From Parvicella sp. (GTDB taxonomy: Bacteria > Bacteroidota > Bacteroidia > Flavobacteriales_D > Parvicellaceae): a stretch of 64,000 bases of DNA. Numbering within the stretch: position 1 is the stretch's first letter; every line of letters starts with the position of its first letter. The translations under genes were made by a program, and so were the position numbers. The DNA lies in the NCBI GenBank assembly GCA_041583015.1, contig JBFHGR010000002.1, forward strand, positions 6,181 through 70,180, given 5' to 3'. This document shows, in pieces, positions 29,676-40,001 of this stretch. Under the pieces are notes generated by a model. That model was not told the DNA's origin. It searched no databases and worked only from the letters and a program-made list of their open reading frames with translations.

Positions 29676-30758
29676 TTAGGCTTTATAAAATGGTAACTTA
29701 ACAACTTTCGCTTTTACACTTTTATTTCTAATATCTAAGTATATTTCAGAACCTTCCGCTGTAAATTCGTTGTTTACATAACCTAATCCTATCGCTTTCT
29801 TCAATGATGGAGATTGCGTTCCCGAAGTTACTCTTCCTATGTTATTTCCTTCAGCATCAACGATGGAATAATCATGTCTTGGAATTCCTCTATCTATCAT
29901 TTCAAACGCGACTAATTTCTTAGTAACTCCTGCTTCTTTTTGTTTTGCTAAATTATCACTATTGGTAAATTCCTTTGTAAATTTAGTAATCCACCCCAGA
30001 CCTGCTTCAAATGGAGAAGTAGTATCATCAATATCATTACCATATAGACAGAATCCCATTTCTAATCTTAACGTATCTCTAGCAGCTAAACCAATCGGTT
30101 TAATACCAAACTCTTCACCTGCTTCAAAAACTTTTTTCCACACTTCTTCTGCAACTTCATTTGGAATATATAATTCAAAACCTCCACTACCAGTATAACC
30201 AGTTGCAGAAAGAATTACATTATCAACTCCAGCAAACGTTCCTTTGGTAAAGTGGTAATATTTCACTTCAGATAAATTTACGTCTGTCAACTTTTGCAAT
30301 GTTTCTGTAGCCTTTGGTCCTTGAACCGCCAATAAAGACATTGAATCAGAAATATCTGTCATTTCTACACCAAAAGTATTGTGTGATTTAATCCAATTCC
30401 AATCTTTTTCAATGTTAGATGCATTAACAACCAATAAATACTCTTCATCAGACATTTTATAAACCAACAAATCATCCACAATACCACCATCATTATTGGG
30501 TAGACAAGAATACTGCGCTCTACCATCATATAATTTTGAAGCATCATTAGTAGTTACCTTTTGAATTAAATCCAATGCCTTTGGACCTCTCAAAATAAAT
30601 TCCCCCATATGAGAAACATCAAAAACCCCTACTCCAGTTCTCACTGTTTCATGTTCTGCGTTTACCCCTTCATATTGAACAGGCATATTGTAACCTGCAA
30701 ATGGTACCATCTTAGCGCCTAATGATTCATGTATATGTGATAATGCTGTATTTTTCAT
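29676..30758 (-). CDS. gcvT: Glycine cleavage system aminomethyltransferase T
   Basis: [52 protein letters not shown]; ATG at 30758. Confidence 0.97.
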   Translation of the reverse strand: MKNTALSHIHESLGAKMVPFAGYNMPVQYEGVNAEHETVRTGVGVFDVSHMGEFILRGPKALDLIQKVTTNDASKLYDGRAQYSCLPNNDGGIVDDLLVYKMSDEEYLLVVNASNIEKDWNWIKSHNTFGVEMTDISDSMSLLAVQGPKATETLQKLTDVNLSEVKYYHFTKGTFAGVDNVILSATGYTGSGGFELYIPNEVAEEVWKKVFEAGEEFGIKPIGLAARDTLRLEMGFCLYGNDIDDTTSPFEAGLGWITKFTKEFTNSDNLAKQKEAGVTKKLVAFEMIDRGIPRHDYSIVDAEGNNIGRVTSGTQSPSLKKAIGLGYVNNEFTAEGSEIYLDIRNKSVKAKVVKLPFYKA

Positions 30759-30966
30759 AGAATTTTTGTTTTTAATATATAAGTATTGCAAATTTAATCA
30801 TCCTAATGAACTTGCTTAATTTTGAGTAAGATTTTTTCGAAGTATTAAAACATTTAAATCTATTTATGGAATTTGAATGTTATTGTAATTTTCCAATACA
30901 GTTAAACGATTAAAGAGTATTGCTTACATTTGATGAGATATAATTGTAGTAAATAAAAACTTCTGA

Positions 30967-31767
30967 ATGCCTATCATCATCGTAATACTTTCATTTTTAT
31001 TAATTGGATTTCTGATATTCAAACTAAACCCAAAAAAACAAAAAGAATGGATTTTACCTAGCGAATCATTCCCTGAAAAGTGGAAAACTATTCTAATCGA
31101 TCAAATTGCTTTTTATAGGTCATTAACAGAAGATGAGAAAAAAAGATTTGAATATAAAGTACATGAGTTTCTCTTAAATTGTAGCATTACAGGAGTAAGA
31201 ACTAACATAACCGACCTAGATAGAATATTAGTTGCGGCTAGTGCCATCATCCCCATTTTTAGTTTCCCAAATTGGAAGTATTACAACCTTAAAGAAGTGC
31301 TAATTTACCCAACTATGTTTAATGATAAATTTGAAACCGAAGGGTCCGAAAGAAGAATAATGGGCATGGTGGGCAATCAATATATGGATGGGCACATGAT
31401 CCTATCTCAACAATCTTTGAAACACGGATTTCAAAATGAAACAGACAAGAAAAACACAGCCATTCATGAGTTTGTTCATTTAATAGATAAAAAAGATGGC
31501 GCCATTGATGGAATACCAGAGATTTTAATGGAGAAACAATATGTTATACCTTGGTTAGACTTCATAAATAAAAAAATGAATGAGATTTATGAGGGAGAGT
31601 CTGATATCAATCCATATGCAGGAACTAATCAGGCAGAATTCTTCTCCGTGGCCAGTGAATACTTCTTTGAACGACCAAAATTGCTAAAGAAAAAGCATCC
31701 AGATTTATATGATCATTTGGAAAAATTATTTAGACAGGATATGTCAGAGAAAAATCTAAAAAAATGA
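30967..31767 (+). CDS. MtfA-like (M90) zinc-dependent peptidase
   Basis: N-terminal TM helix; HEFVHLID (HExxH), YAGTNQAEFFSVASEYFFERP. Confidence 0.88.
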   Translation: MPIIIVILSFLLIGFLIFKLNPKKQKEWILPSESFPEKWKTILIDQIAFYRSLTEDEKKRFEYKVHEFLLNCSITGVRTNITDLDRILVAASAIIPIFSFPNWKYYNLKEVLIYPTMFNDKFETEGSERRIMGMVGNQYMDGHMILSQQSLKHGFQNETDKKNTAIHEFVHLIDKKDGAIDGIPEILMEKQYVIPWLDFINKKMNEIYEGESDINPYAGTNQAEFFSVASEYFFERPKLLKKKHPDLYDHLEKLFRQDMSEKNLKK

Positions 31768-32369
31768 AATTTTACAAAAAAATATTTGCCGATAAATATG
31801 ATTCGTTTATGTCGAGTATCGAAACTTCATTTCATGAAATTAGAGCTGAATTAATCGGCAATCTACAAGGCGAGATTCTAGACGTAGGTTCTGGCACTGG
31901 TGTCAATTTTGAACATTACAATGCTAATGCAAATGTCATAGCAGTTGAACCCTCTGCTTTTATGCTGGAAAAGGCTAAAGCAAAATTACCCGCTAAGGCA
32001 AATATCACCACTTACAACATGAGTGTTACTGACAATCAAATGGATTCAATTATTACTAAACATTCATTAGATTATGTTGTATGTACTTTGGTATTGTGCA
32101 CCATTCCCAATCAACATTTAGCACTAAAAAAATTCAAAGAATGGTTAAAACCAACAGGTAAATTAATCATCTTGGAACACATTCATGCCGAAAAAAAAAC
32201 AAACCGACTTTTGCACAATATAGCAAATCCCGCTTGGAAAGTTGTTGGCGATGGCTGCAATATAAATAGAGATACAGATGTTTTCATCAAAAAAGCTGGA
32301 TTTAAGATGGAAAGTGAGCAATACTTTAAAAAGACACTACGTTTTTATCAAGGTATTTTTACTGTTTAA
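31764..32369 (+). CDS. Class I SAM-dependent methyltransferase (METTL7-like)
   Basis: ILDVGSGTG, LVLCTIP, LKPTGKLIILEH, GCNINRDT. Confidence 0.88.
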   Translation: MKFYKKIFADKYDSFMSSIETSFHEIRAELIGNLQGEILDVGSGTGVNFEHYNANANVIAVEPSAFMLEKAKAKLPAKANITTYNMSVTDNQMDSIITKHSLDYVVCTLVLCTIPNQHLALKKFKEWLKPTGKLIILEHIHAEKKTNRLLHNIANPAWKVVGDGCNINRDTDVFIKKAGFKMESEQYFKKTLRFYQGIFTV

Positions 32370-32377
32370 AACAAATT

Positions 32378-35300
32378 TTAAACTAGTTCTCCCCCATTCT
32401 CTCCACTTCCAGGTCCAATGGTAATCACTTGATTTGCTACCTCAATCAACGCTGAATTATGTTCTATAAAAAGAACTGTATTTCCTCGCGCTACAATGGA
32501 TTGAAATAATTTTATTAAGGTTTGTATATCAAAATAGTGTAGTCCAATACTTGGTTCATCAAAAAGATATAAAGTAGTTCCTTTGCTCTTCTGCATTAAA
32601 GAAGCCGCTAACTTCAACCGTTGAGTTTCTCCACCAGATAAGGTATTTCCTGCTTGTCCAAGAATTAAATGTCCAACCCCTACATCTTTCAATATATTTA
32701 ATTTCTCAATAATTGAACTTGAATCAAAAAACACTAATGCTTCCTGCACAGTCATTTGCAATATATCTCCAATAGAGCAATCCTTAATTTTGCATTTGAG
32801 TACAGTTCTGTTATACCTCATGCCTTTACAACTATCGCAAGTCAACCAAATATCACTCATAAAGTCCATACTCGTTTTTACTTTCCCTAGTCCAGCACAA
32901 ATTTTACATTTACCATTTTTACTTTGGTAAGAGAAATCCGCTTTTTTTAGTCCCGCTTTTTTAGCACCTTCTGTTTTGGAGAATTCAAGTTTTAGTTGAT
33001 CTATAATTCCGGTGTACGTAACAGGTGTACTTGTTCTACTTTGCATTAATGGAGTTTGATCCATCAATAAAACTTCTTCAAATTGATCCATTCCAAGCAC
33101 CTCATCACAAAATACATTTCTATTCTTTTGCCAAGATTTGAACAACACCTCTCTTATTAAACTAGTTTTTCCACTTCCAGAAACACCAGTTACTGCTATT
33201 ATTTGTTGAGCATAAAAATCTACATCAATATGCTTAAGGTTATTAGCAAATGCTCCCCTAACACCAAATTTTGCTCCCCGTTTTATTTGTTTTTTTTCAA
33301 TGGCATTTTTCCTATTGTTCAGCAATCGGTATGTCACTGAATCCACTACAGAAGAAATATTTTCTAGTTTTCCTTGATAGATTATCTCCCCTCCTAGCCT
33401 GCCTGCACCTGGTCCCATTTCAATAACATAATCTGCCGTTTGAATAAACAATGGGTCATGCTCTACTACTATGACAGTATTGCCATTGGCAACAATACGT
33501 TTCAATAAATTGGACAAAACAATAACTTGTGCACTATCTAAACCAATGGTTGGTTCATCTAACACATAAATCACTCCGTACAAATGTGTGGACAATTGCC
33601 CTGCCAATGTTACTCGCTGACGCTCTCCACCAGACAAAGAATTTACTGCTCTATCCAAGGTTAAATAGCCTAATCCTAGATCTATAATAATCTGTAATGA
33701 TTTTTTGACACCAGGTAAAACAACTTGACTAATGGCTAAAATTACATCATCAACCTTCGCTTCAATACCCTTTATTAATTCCAAACAAGATGTAATACTC
33801 AGTCGTGTTAATTCGTGAATATTTTTCTCTAAAAAAGTCGTATTTAACAACGCTGGTTTTAATCTACTTCCTCGACACTCTGTACATTCCACCTCATGCA
33901 ATAGTTCTTCTACATTCTTGGTGTTCTTATTATGCAAAGTTCGTTGATACTCATCGTCAATATAATTACACAATCCTAACCATTTGGCCTGTAATTTTTG
34001 TACTCCTGTTCTTGATTTAGTAACATATTCCCAAGAAACATCCCACAAAGTTTCTCCTGTTCCATACAGAATAACATCTTTTATTTCTTTATCTAATTGA
34101 CGCCATGGACGGTCCAAATTCCAATTGTTATTTTGAGCCGCTTCTCGCAATGTTGCCATAAACTGTCCTTTTGAATCTGCATAATATCCTATTGTTTTAT
34201 TGGTAGATACCGCTCCTTCAAAAATGGATTTATCTTGATTTACAATAATAGCATCTGGATTGCATTTACGCTTTACACCAAGCCCTTCGCATGCTGGACA
34301 TGCACCTAAATGATGATTGAAAGAAAAATGCTGCGCAGTGTAATTCTCTCCTTCGTGTTGGGATATCCTTGAATACAATAATCTAAAAGAATCATAAACA
34401 CCTGATAATGTTCCTACCGTAGAACGTGTAGATGGCGCACCTCCTTTTCGATTGATCCCTATAGCAGGTCCCAAGCCTGAAAATGATGCTATTTCTGCCG
34501 AACTATTTTGCTGTAGGAAACTTCTATTATAAGTGGATAATGACTCCGTAAACCTAGCATTTGCTTCCGAAAAAATAGTTTCATACACTAATGAGGTCTT
34601 ACCACTTCCAGATAACCCAGTCACCACTGTCAATTGATTTTTAGGAATGCGAACATTGACATTTTTTAACCCATGTGTTGTAATACCATTCAATTCTATT
34701 TGGTTTGCAATGTTTGGAATTGTTGCGGATTGTTTAATCTCTTTTCTAACTTTATGAAATTCATTTCTTGGAAATCCTTGATAAGTAACCTTCCCTCCTT
34801 CCTTTCCACACCTAGGACCTAATTCTATATGCCAATCACTATGTTGGATAATCAATTCATCTTGCTCGATACAAACAATTGTATTTCCTTTCTTTTTTAT
34901 AGTATCAAATAACATCAATAAGGAATCGATGTCACTTGCATGTAGTCCGATACTTGGTTCTGTAATCACATAAAGTGTATCACCTGTATCTTTCTTTTGC
35001 AACTGGTTGGCAATTTTAATTCTCTGTGCCTCACCACCAGAAAGCGTGGTAGAAGACTGACCTAAAGTTAAATACCCTAATCCTATTTCTTGCAATAAAT
35101 GAAGTCCAAGTATTATCTTTTTATGATTCGCAAAAATCAATGCTGCTTCATTAATTGATAATTTGTAAATATCTGCTATTGATAAACTATTAAATTTTAC
35201 TTCCAGTGTTTCCTTATTGAATCTATCACCATTACAATCGCCACAAACTAATTCTACATTACCCAAAAAGTGCATGCCAATTTGAATTTTACCTGCTCCT

Positions 35301-37144
35301 TGGCAAGTTTCACAACGCCCTCCTTTGTTATTAAATGAAAAGCGAGATTTAGTGTATTTCCTTTTCTTAGATTCCGGTAAACTGACAAATAAATCTCGAA
35401 TGTGATCTGACAAGCCCAAATATGTAGCAGGGTTACTCCTTGGTGTTTTCCCTATAGGAGAATGATCGATAAAAATCAATTTATTAATCGCTTCTAAATT
35501 CTCATGAGCGTTCAATTTTACTTGGCCTTCAACTTCTATTCCCAATTGCCGCTGTACTGCCCTTAACAATGTTTCTTTCACTAAACTAGTTTTCCCCACT
35601 CCCGACCGTCCACTTACTACATTAAGTTTACCTAATTGGAATGCAACATCTATATTTTTTAAATTCCTTTCCGAACAACCTATCAATCTAATGAACTTTC
35701 CATTGAATCTCTTTGGAATGAAAGTATCTTCATTCATTTTCTGAACTGCCCGGAAAGTAGGACTTACGTCAAATAATTGCTTGCTTTGAATGAACTTTTC
35801 AAATGCTCCATTAAAGATTAATTCACCTCCATTAATTCCTGCTTGAGGTCCAATCTCTATGATATGATCTGCACTTGAAATAGTTTCCAAATCATGCTCC
35901 ACCACAATAACTGTGTTTCCTTTCTTTACTAATTCCTTGAAGTGATGAATTAACTTTACATTCTCTTCTGAATTTAACCCGATACTTGGCTCGTCAAAAA
36001 CATACAACACATCACTCAATGGCACTAAAATTTGATTAGCCACTCTGATTCGCTGAATTTCACTTGCACTAAGTGATTTGGCAGAACGATCTATTGTTAA
36101 ATGACCTATCCCCAAATCCTCCAACAACGCAATTTGTCTGGTTATTTTAGTTACAATTTCTTTGGCTACAGTTTTCCATTTATGATCCTCAATCCATGCT
36201 CTTAATTCATTTAGTTCCATGGTTACCAACTCGGCAATGTTCTTACCCTGAACAGTAACACTCAATGCATCATCGTTTAGTCTTGTACCATTGCATGATT
36301 GGCAAGTAACCGCATGTACATATTTTAAAATATTGGCATTTCTATCTCTTCTCAAAATATCAGACATGATAGGTATCATCCCTTTATAAAACCCTTCCTC
36401 TCTAGGTTTGGCTTTAATACCTGTCCATTTCAATCGAGATTCTAGACTGTGCTTTCCAAATGGCACTTTGATCTTCTCACTACCATATAAAATTACATTT
36501 TGCTGTGCAGTGCTGAGTTCATTCCAAGGAATATTCACATTAAAACCCTCTGCTTCGCAAACTTGATTGAGCACATCGATGGTCACTTGCGAATACATGA
36601 TATATCCGTTAGGCAAGGTTGGCGCCAACGCCCCTTCACGAATAGACCTTCTTGGATAGATGATTAATTTATTCAAATCTATTTGCTCTTCTTTACCGAT
36701 GCCATTGCATCGCTTGCACTTACCTGTCTCAGCATTGAAAGAAAATAATCCTCGCGTTAGTTGAATTTCCTTTTTTGTAGTGCCTGCTCTAGCAAATAAC
36801 AAACGTAATAAGTCGTATATATCAGACATGGTTCCCACAGTAGATCGAGCATGCATTCCTGATGTACCTTGACCAATGGCTATAACAGGAGACAACCCTT
36901 CAATATTATCCACATCAGGGCGATTTAATTTACCTAAAAACTGACGTGCAAAAGATGGTAATGTTTCAAAATACCTACGCTGTCCTTCTTTGGCTATGAT
37001 ATCAAACACTAAACTAGATTTTCCGGATCCTGAAATCCCAGTCACCACAATAAACTTGTTGTGAGGAATTTTTAATGATATATTTTTTAAATTATTGGTT
37101 TTTGCCCCTTGAATTATAATTTCTGAACGTTTGCTTGATGTCAT
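32378..37144 (-). CDS. Tandem-duplicated UvrA-like ABC ATPase (four NBDs)
   Basis: Four Walker A motifs ([32 protein letters not shown]), four signature/Walker B regions and four CxxC...CxxC zinc modules over 1588 aa. Confidence 0.92.
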   Translation of the reverse strand: MTSSKRSEIIIQGAKTNNLKNISLKIPHNKFIVVTGISGSGKSSLVFDIIAKEGQRRYFETLPSFARQFLGKLNRPDVDNIEGLSPVIAIGQGTSGMHARSTVGTMSDIYDLLRLLFARAGTTKKEIQLTRGLFSFNAETGKCKRCNGIGKEEQIDLNKLIIYPRRSIREGALAPTLPNGYIMYSQVTIDVLNQVCEAEGFNVNIPWNELSTAQQNVILYGSEKIKVPFGKHSLESRLKWTGIKAKPREEGFYKGMIPIMSDILRRDRNANILKYVHAVTCQSCNGTRLNDDALSVTVQGKNIAELVTMELNELRAWIEDHKWKTVAKEIVTKITRQIALLEDLGIGHLTIDRSAKSLSASEIQRIRVANQILVPLSDVLYVFDEPSIGLNSEENVKLIHHFKELVKKGNTVIVVEHDLETISSADHIIEIGPQAGINGGELIFNGAFEKFIQSKQLFDVSPTFRAVQKMNEDTFIPKRFNGKFIRLIGCSERNLKNIDVAFQLGKLNVVSGRSGVGKTSLVKETLLRAVQRQLGIEVEGQVKLNAHENLEAINKLIFIDHSPIGKTPRSNPATYLGLSDHIRDLFVSLPESKKRKYTKSRFSFNNKGGRCETCQGAGKIQIGMHFLGNVELVCGDCNGDRFNKETLEVKFNSLSIADIYKLSINEAALIFANHKKIILGLHLLQEIGLGYLTLGQSSTTLSGGEAQRIKIANQLQKKDTGDTLYVITEPSIGLHASDIDSLLMLFDTIKKKGNTIVCIEQDELIIQHSDWHIELGPRCGKEGGKVTYQGFPRNEFHKVRKEIKQSATIPNIANQIELNGITTHGLKNVNVRIPKNQLTVVTGLSGSGKTSLVYETIFSEANARFTESLSTYNRSFLQQNSSAEIASFSGLGPAIGINRKGGAPSTRSTVGTLSGVYDSFRLLYSRISQHEGENYTAQHFSFNHHLGACPACEGLGVKRKCNPDAIIVNQDKSIFEGAVSTNKTIGYYADSKGQFMATLREAAQNNNWNLDRPWRQLDKEIKDVILYGTGETLWDVSWEYVTKSRTGVQKLQAKWLGLCNYIDDEYQRTLHNKNTKNVEELLHEVECTECRGSRLKPALLNTTFLEKNIHELTRLSITSCLELIKGIEAKVDDVILAISQVVLPGVKKSLQIIIDLGLGYLTLDRAVNSLSGGERQRVTLAGQLSTHLYGVIYVLDEPTIGLDSAQVIVLSNLLKRIVANGNTVIVVEHDPLFIQTADYVIEMGPGAGRLGGEIIYQGKLENISSVVDSVTYRLLNNRKNAIEKKQIKRGAKFGVRGAFANNLKHIDVDFYAQQIIAVTGVSGSGKTSLIREVLFKSWQKNRNVFCDEVLGMDQFEEVLLMDQTPLMQSRTSTPVTYTGIIDQLKLEFSKTEGAKKAGLKKADFSYQSKNGKCKICAGLGKVKTSMDFMSDIWLTCDSCKGMRYNRTVLKCKIKDCSIGDILQMTVQEALVFFDSSSIIEKLNILKDVGVGHLILGQAGNTLSGGETQRLKLAASLMQKSKGTTLYLFDEPSIGLHYFDIQTLIKLFQSIVARGNTVLFIEHNSALIEVANQVITIGPGSGENGGELV

Positions 37145-37266
37145 ATCGTGAAATTAATAAAATAAGTTTTGAATACTAGTTCCTCAATAGATATTGAAAA
37201 TTTATAAATCCATAATTTCAGTGAGATATTCTAAAACCATAAATAATAGTACAACTGAAATACAAT

Positions 37267-38481
37267 TTACTTTTTTTCTTTTTCTTCAATCCACTTGGCC
37301 AAATACTTGGTACTTTGCAAAGAATGATGATGCAACACTTCTCCTATAAAGTTGCGTTGTCTATGGTTGTTCAGATTTTGAAATAATTCTTCTAATTTTT
37401 CTATCCAGAAATTGGCAAATAAAGGTCTAGCAAACTTATCATTAATGGTTTTATACCCAACTTCTTGCATTGCTTTCCAAGTCGTTTTATCTCGATAAAG
37501 ATGCTTCAAATCATCTCCTAAATTAGAAAAATCATTACATACCAATCCATTCCAATTATCATCTATAATTCCTTCAGTTCCTATTGAACTTGTAATACTT
37601 GGTGTCCCATAAATCATTGCTTCCAATAGTTTCCCTTTTAAACCGGCACCAAATCTAATTGGAGCAAGTAAAACTCTTGCATTCTCAATTACCTCTCTTG
37701 CTACTTCTGCCCTGCCCTTCACTAGAAAACCTTCTTTTTCATTATGCAAATCTGTTACTTTCTGAGTTGGATACGCCCCATAAATATTCATATTTACCTC
37801 AGGAACAATACGTTTGATATGTGACCAATGTTTTTTCAATTGTAAAACAGCATCCCAATTGGGCTCATGATAAAAATTACCGATAAAAACAAAGTCCTTT
37901 CGTTCTTCAAAAGCAACCTCGCTTGGAACTACCTCATCAAAAACAATTGGTAGGTAAATCAACTTCTCCGAAGGGATTTGAAATTGATTTTGTAATAATT
38001 CCATCTCATATTCGGAGATGATTAGGCTCACATCTGCTCTAAGTAGACTGGCAAGTTCTCTTTTTGCTATGTCATTGAATAAATTAATTGGTAATTCTTT
38101 CTTTACTGCTTCTTGTCTCGCAAATCTCAAAAAATGTAAATCTTCTGTATCTATCACTTGAACAGCAGTAGGTACTTGTGCTCTAATTCGCCATCCAAAT
38201 TGCTCTTCTGTCATGTATCTATCAAAAATGACAAAACTTGGTTGCAATTCATTAACATAAGTATCAAACGAACTATCATTCAATTTTATCCTTTGAAAAG
38301 ACATATTTCTAGTAGATAAATCTTCTGCAAATTCGGAATGTGCTGCAGTACTGACAAAGGTTATTTCATATTCATGATCTTGTAACATTGTAATCAATTG
38401 CATCATTCTAGTGCCTGCAGCAGATGAGTTTGGTTCTGGCCAAACCTTTCCAATGATTAAAACTGATTTTTCCTTTGTCAT
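37267..38481 (-). CDS. GT-B glycosyltransferase (Bacteroidota conserved type)
   Basis: VWPEPNSSAAG, DTEDLHFLR, FIGNFYHEPN, APIRFGAGLKGK motifs. Confidence 0.85.
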   Translation of the reverse strand: MTKEKSVLIIGKVWPEPNSSAAGTRMMQLITMLQDHEYEITFVSTAAHSEFAEDLSTRNMSFQRIKLNDSSFDTYVNELQPSFVIFDRYMTEEQFGWRIRAQVPTAVQVIDTEDLHFLRFARQEAVKKELPINLFNDIAKRELASLLRADVSLIISEYEMELLQNQFQIPSEKLIYLPIVFDEVVPSEVAFEERKDFVFIGNFYHEPNWDAVLQLKKHWSHIKRIVPEVNMNIYGAYPTQKVTDLHNEKEGFLVKGRAEVAREVIENARVLLAPIRFGAGLKGKLLEAMIYGTPSITSSIGTEGIIDDNWNGLVCNDFSNLGDDLKHLYRDKTTWKAMQEVGYKTINDKFARPLFANFWIEKLEELFQNLNNHRQRNFIGEVLHHHSLQSTKYLAKWIEEKEKK

Positions 38482-38556
38482 GGTGTAAATTTAGGAGCAT
38501 AGTATTTAATATCAAAAGGAAACGTTTACTTTTGCTAAATACACTAATAATCGGAA

Positions 38557-39903
38557 ATGAAATTTATTAAGAAACACTACGGTAAACTTATTTTATTCAC
38601 GCTACTTATTGCATTGATTTTTGGATTGACTTATGCCTACAACAGACTTCCAATTGTAACTGGATATGCTGCAAAAGATATGTGTTCTTGTGTGTTTATT
38701 GCAGAACGTGATCCTAAAAATGTTGAAGAAAATGAATTTCAATTCAGTTTGATAAAATATGCTGCTACTGAAATAGATCATGATAAAAAAACCGTTACCG
38801 CTACAGTATTAGGCATGGGTAGTAAGACTGCTTACTATCACCCTCAGAAAGGTTGTGCGGTAATGGAAGAATCAGATGCTAAAGATTTTCTAACACCTGT
38901 AAATTACACGAATGCAATTGCTAATCAAGAATTAGTTAGTAATACTAATATGCCAAATGTTGATTATACCGCATTGCAGAAAGCTGTAACGGCTCATTTT
39001 GTAGATGATGATCAGGAAAAGCCTTACGGCACGCGTGCAGTTGTTGTTTTAAAAGATGGGCAAATTATTGCTGAGCAGTATGCCGAAGGATTCGATAAAG
39101 ACACCAAGCAAATAGGTTGGTCTATGACCAAAAGTATTTTTAGTGCTTTGATAGGTATTGGTATAGAGCAAGGTTATATAACAAATGTGAATGAAAATTC
39201 ACTTTTCTTGGAGTGGAAAAAAGATGATAGAAAAGATATAACTATTAAACAATTACTCCAAATGAACACTGGTTTAGAATGGACGGAAGACTATGGCGAT
39301 ATTTCTGAAGCAACAGTGATGCTTTATGATAGAGATGACATGGTGAGTTTTGCTAAAAACACAGGCGTAGAAGGAGAGCAAGGAAAACATTGGGAATATT
39401 CATCAGGTACCTCTAACCTACTTTCAGGGTTGCTACGTCAGCGTTTTGGGGATTATGACAGTTATTTTAAATTTCCTTATGAGCAATTATTTGCCAAAAT
39501 AGGCGCGCCTTCTTTTATCATTGAAACTGATCCGAAAGGAAATTTTGTAGCCTCTTCTTATGCATGGGCTAATGCTAGAGACTGGGCAAAATTTGGTCAA
39601 TTGTATGCCAATGGCGGAGTATGGAATGGAGAGAGAATATTACCAGAAGGATGGACAAAATTCACAGCAGAAGTAGCCGAAGGTTCTGAAGGTGGTTACG
39701 GTGCTCAGTTTTGGTTACCAACCAATGAGGATTATCCAAACTCTCCAAAAGACATGTACTTTGCAGACGGTTTTCAAGGGCAACGCGTTTTTATCATTCC
39801 CTCAGAGAATGTTGTAATTGTAAGATTAGGACTATCAAGATTCAAAGAGTCTGAACCAAAGTATGATGAGTTGGTAAGTGGTGTTTTGAAAGCTTTGAAA
39901 TAA
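38557..39903 (+). CDS. Beta-lactamase class C-like serine hydrolase
   Basis: N-terminal anchor; WSMTKS (SxxK), LLQMNTGL, YSSG, DGFQGQ. Confidence 0.88.
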   Translation: MKFIKKHYGKLILFTLLIALIFGLTYAYNRLPIVTGYAAKDMCSCVFIAERDPKNVEENEFQFSLIKYAATEIDHDKKTVTATVLGMGSKTAYYHPQKGCAVMEESDAKDFLTPVNYTNAIANQELVSNTNMPNVDYTALQKAVTAHFVDDDQEKPYGTRAVVVLKDGQIIAEQYAEGFDKDTKQIGWSMTKSIFSALIGIGIEQGYITNVNENSLFLEWKKDDRKDITIKQLLQMNTGLEWTEDYGDISEATVMLYDRDDMVSFAKNTGVEGEQGKHWEYSSGTSNLLSGLLRQRFGDYDSYFKFPYEQLFAKIGAPSFIIETDPKGNFVASSYAWANARDWAKFGQLYANGGVWNGERILPEGWTKFTAEVAEGSEGGYGAQFWLPTNEDYPNSPKDMYFADGFQGQRVFIIPSENVVIVRLGLSRFKESEPKYDELVSGVLKALK

Positions 39904-40001
39904 TGTTGAAATCTACTCACTTATGAGTATAGTTTACTTTAAAGTATTTTCATATTTTTGAACTATTGAAATACATTCAATCTCGTTCAATAATTTTGCA
40001 A

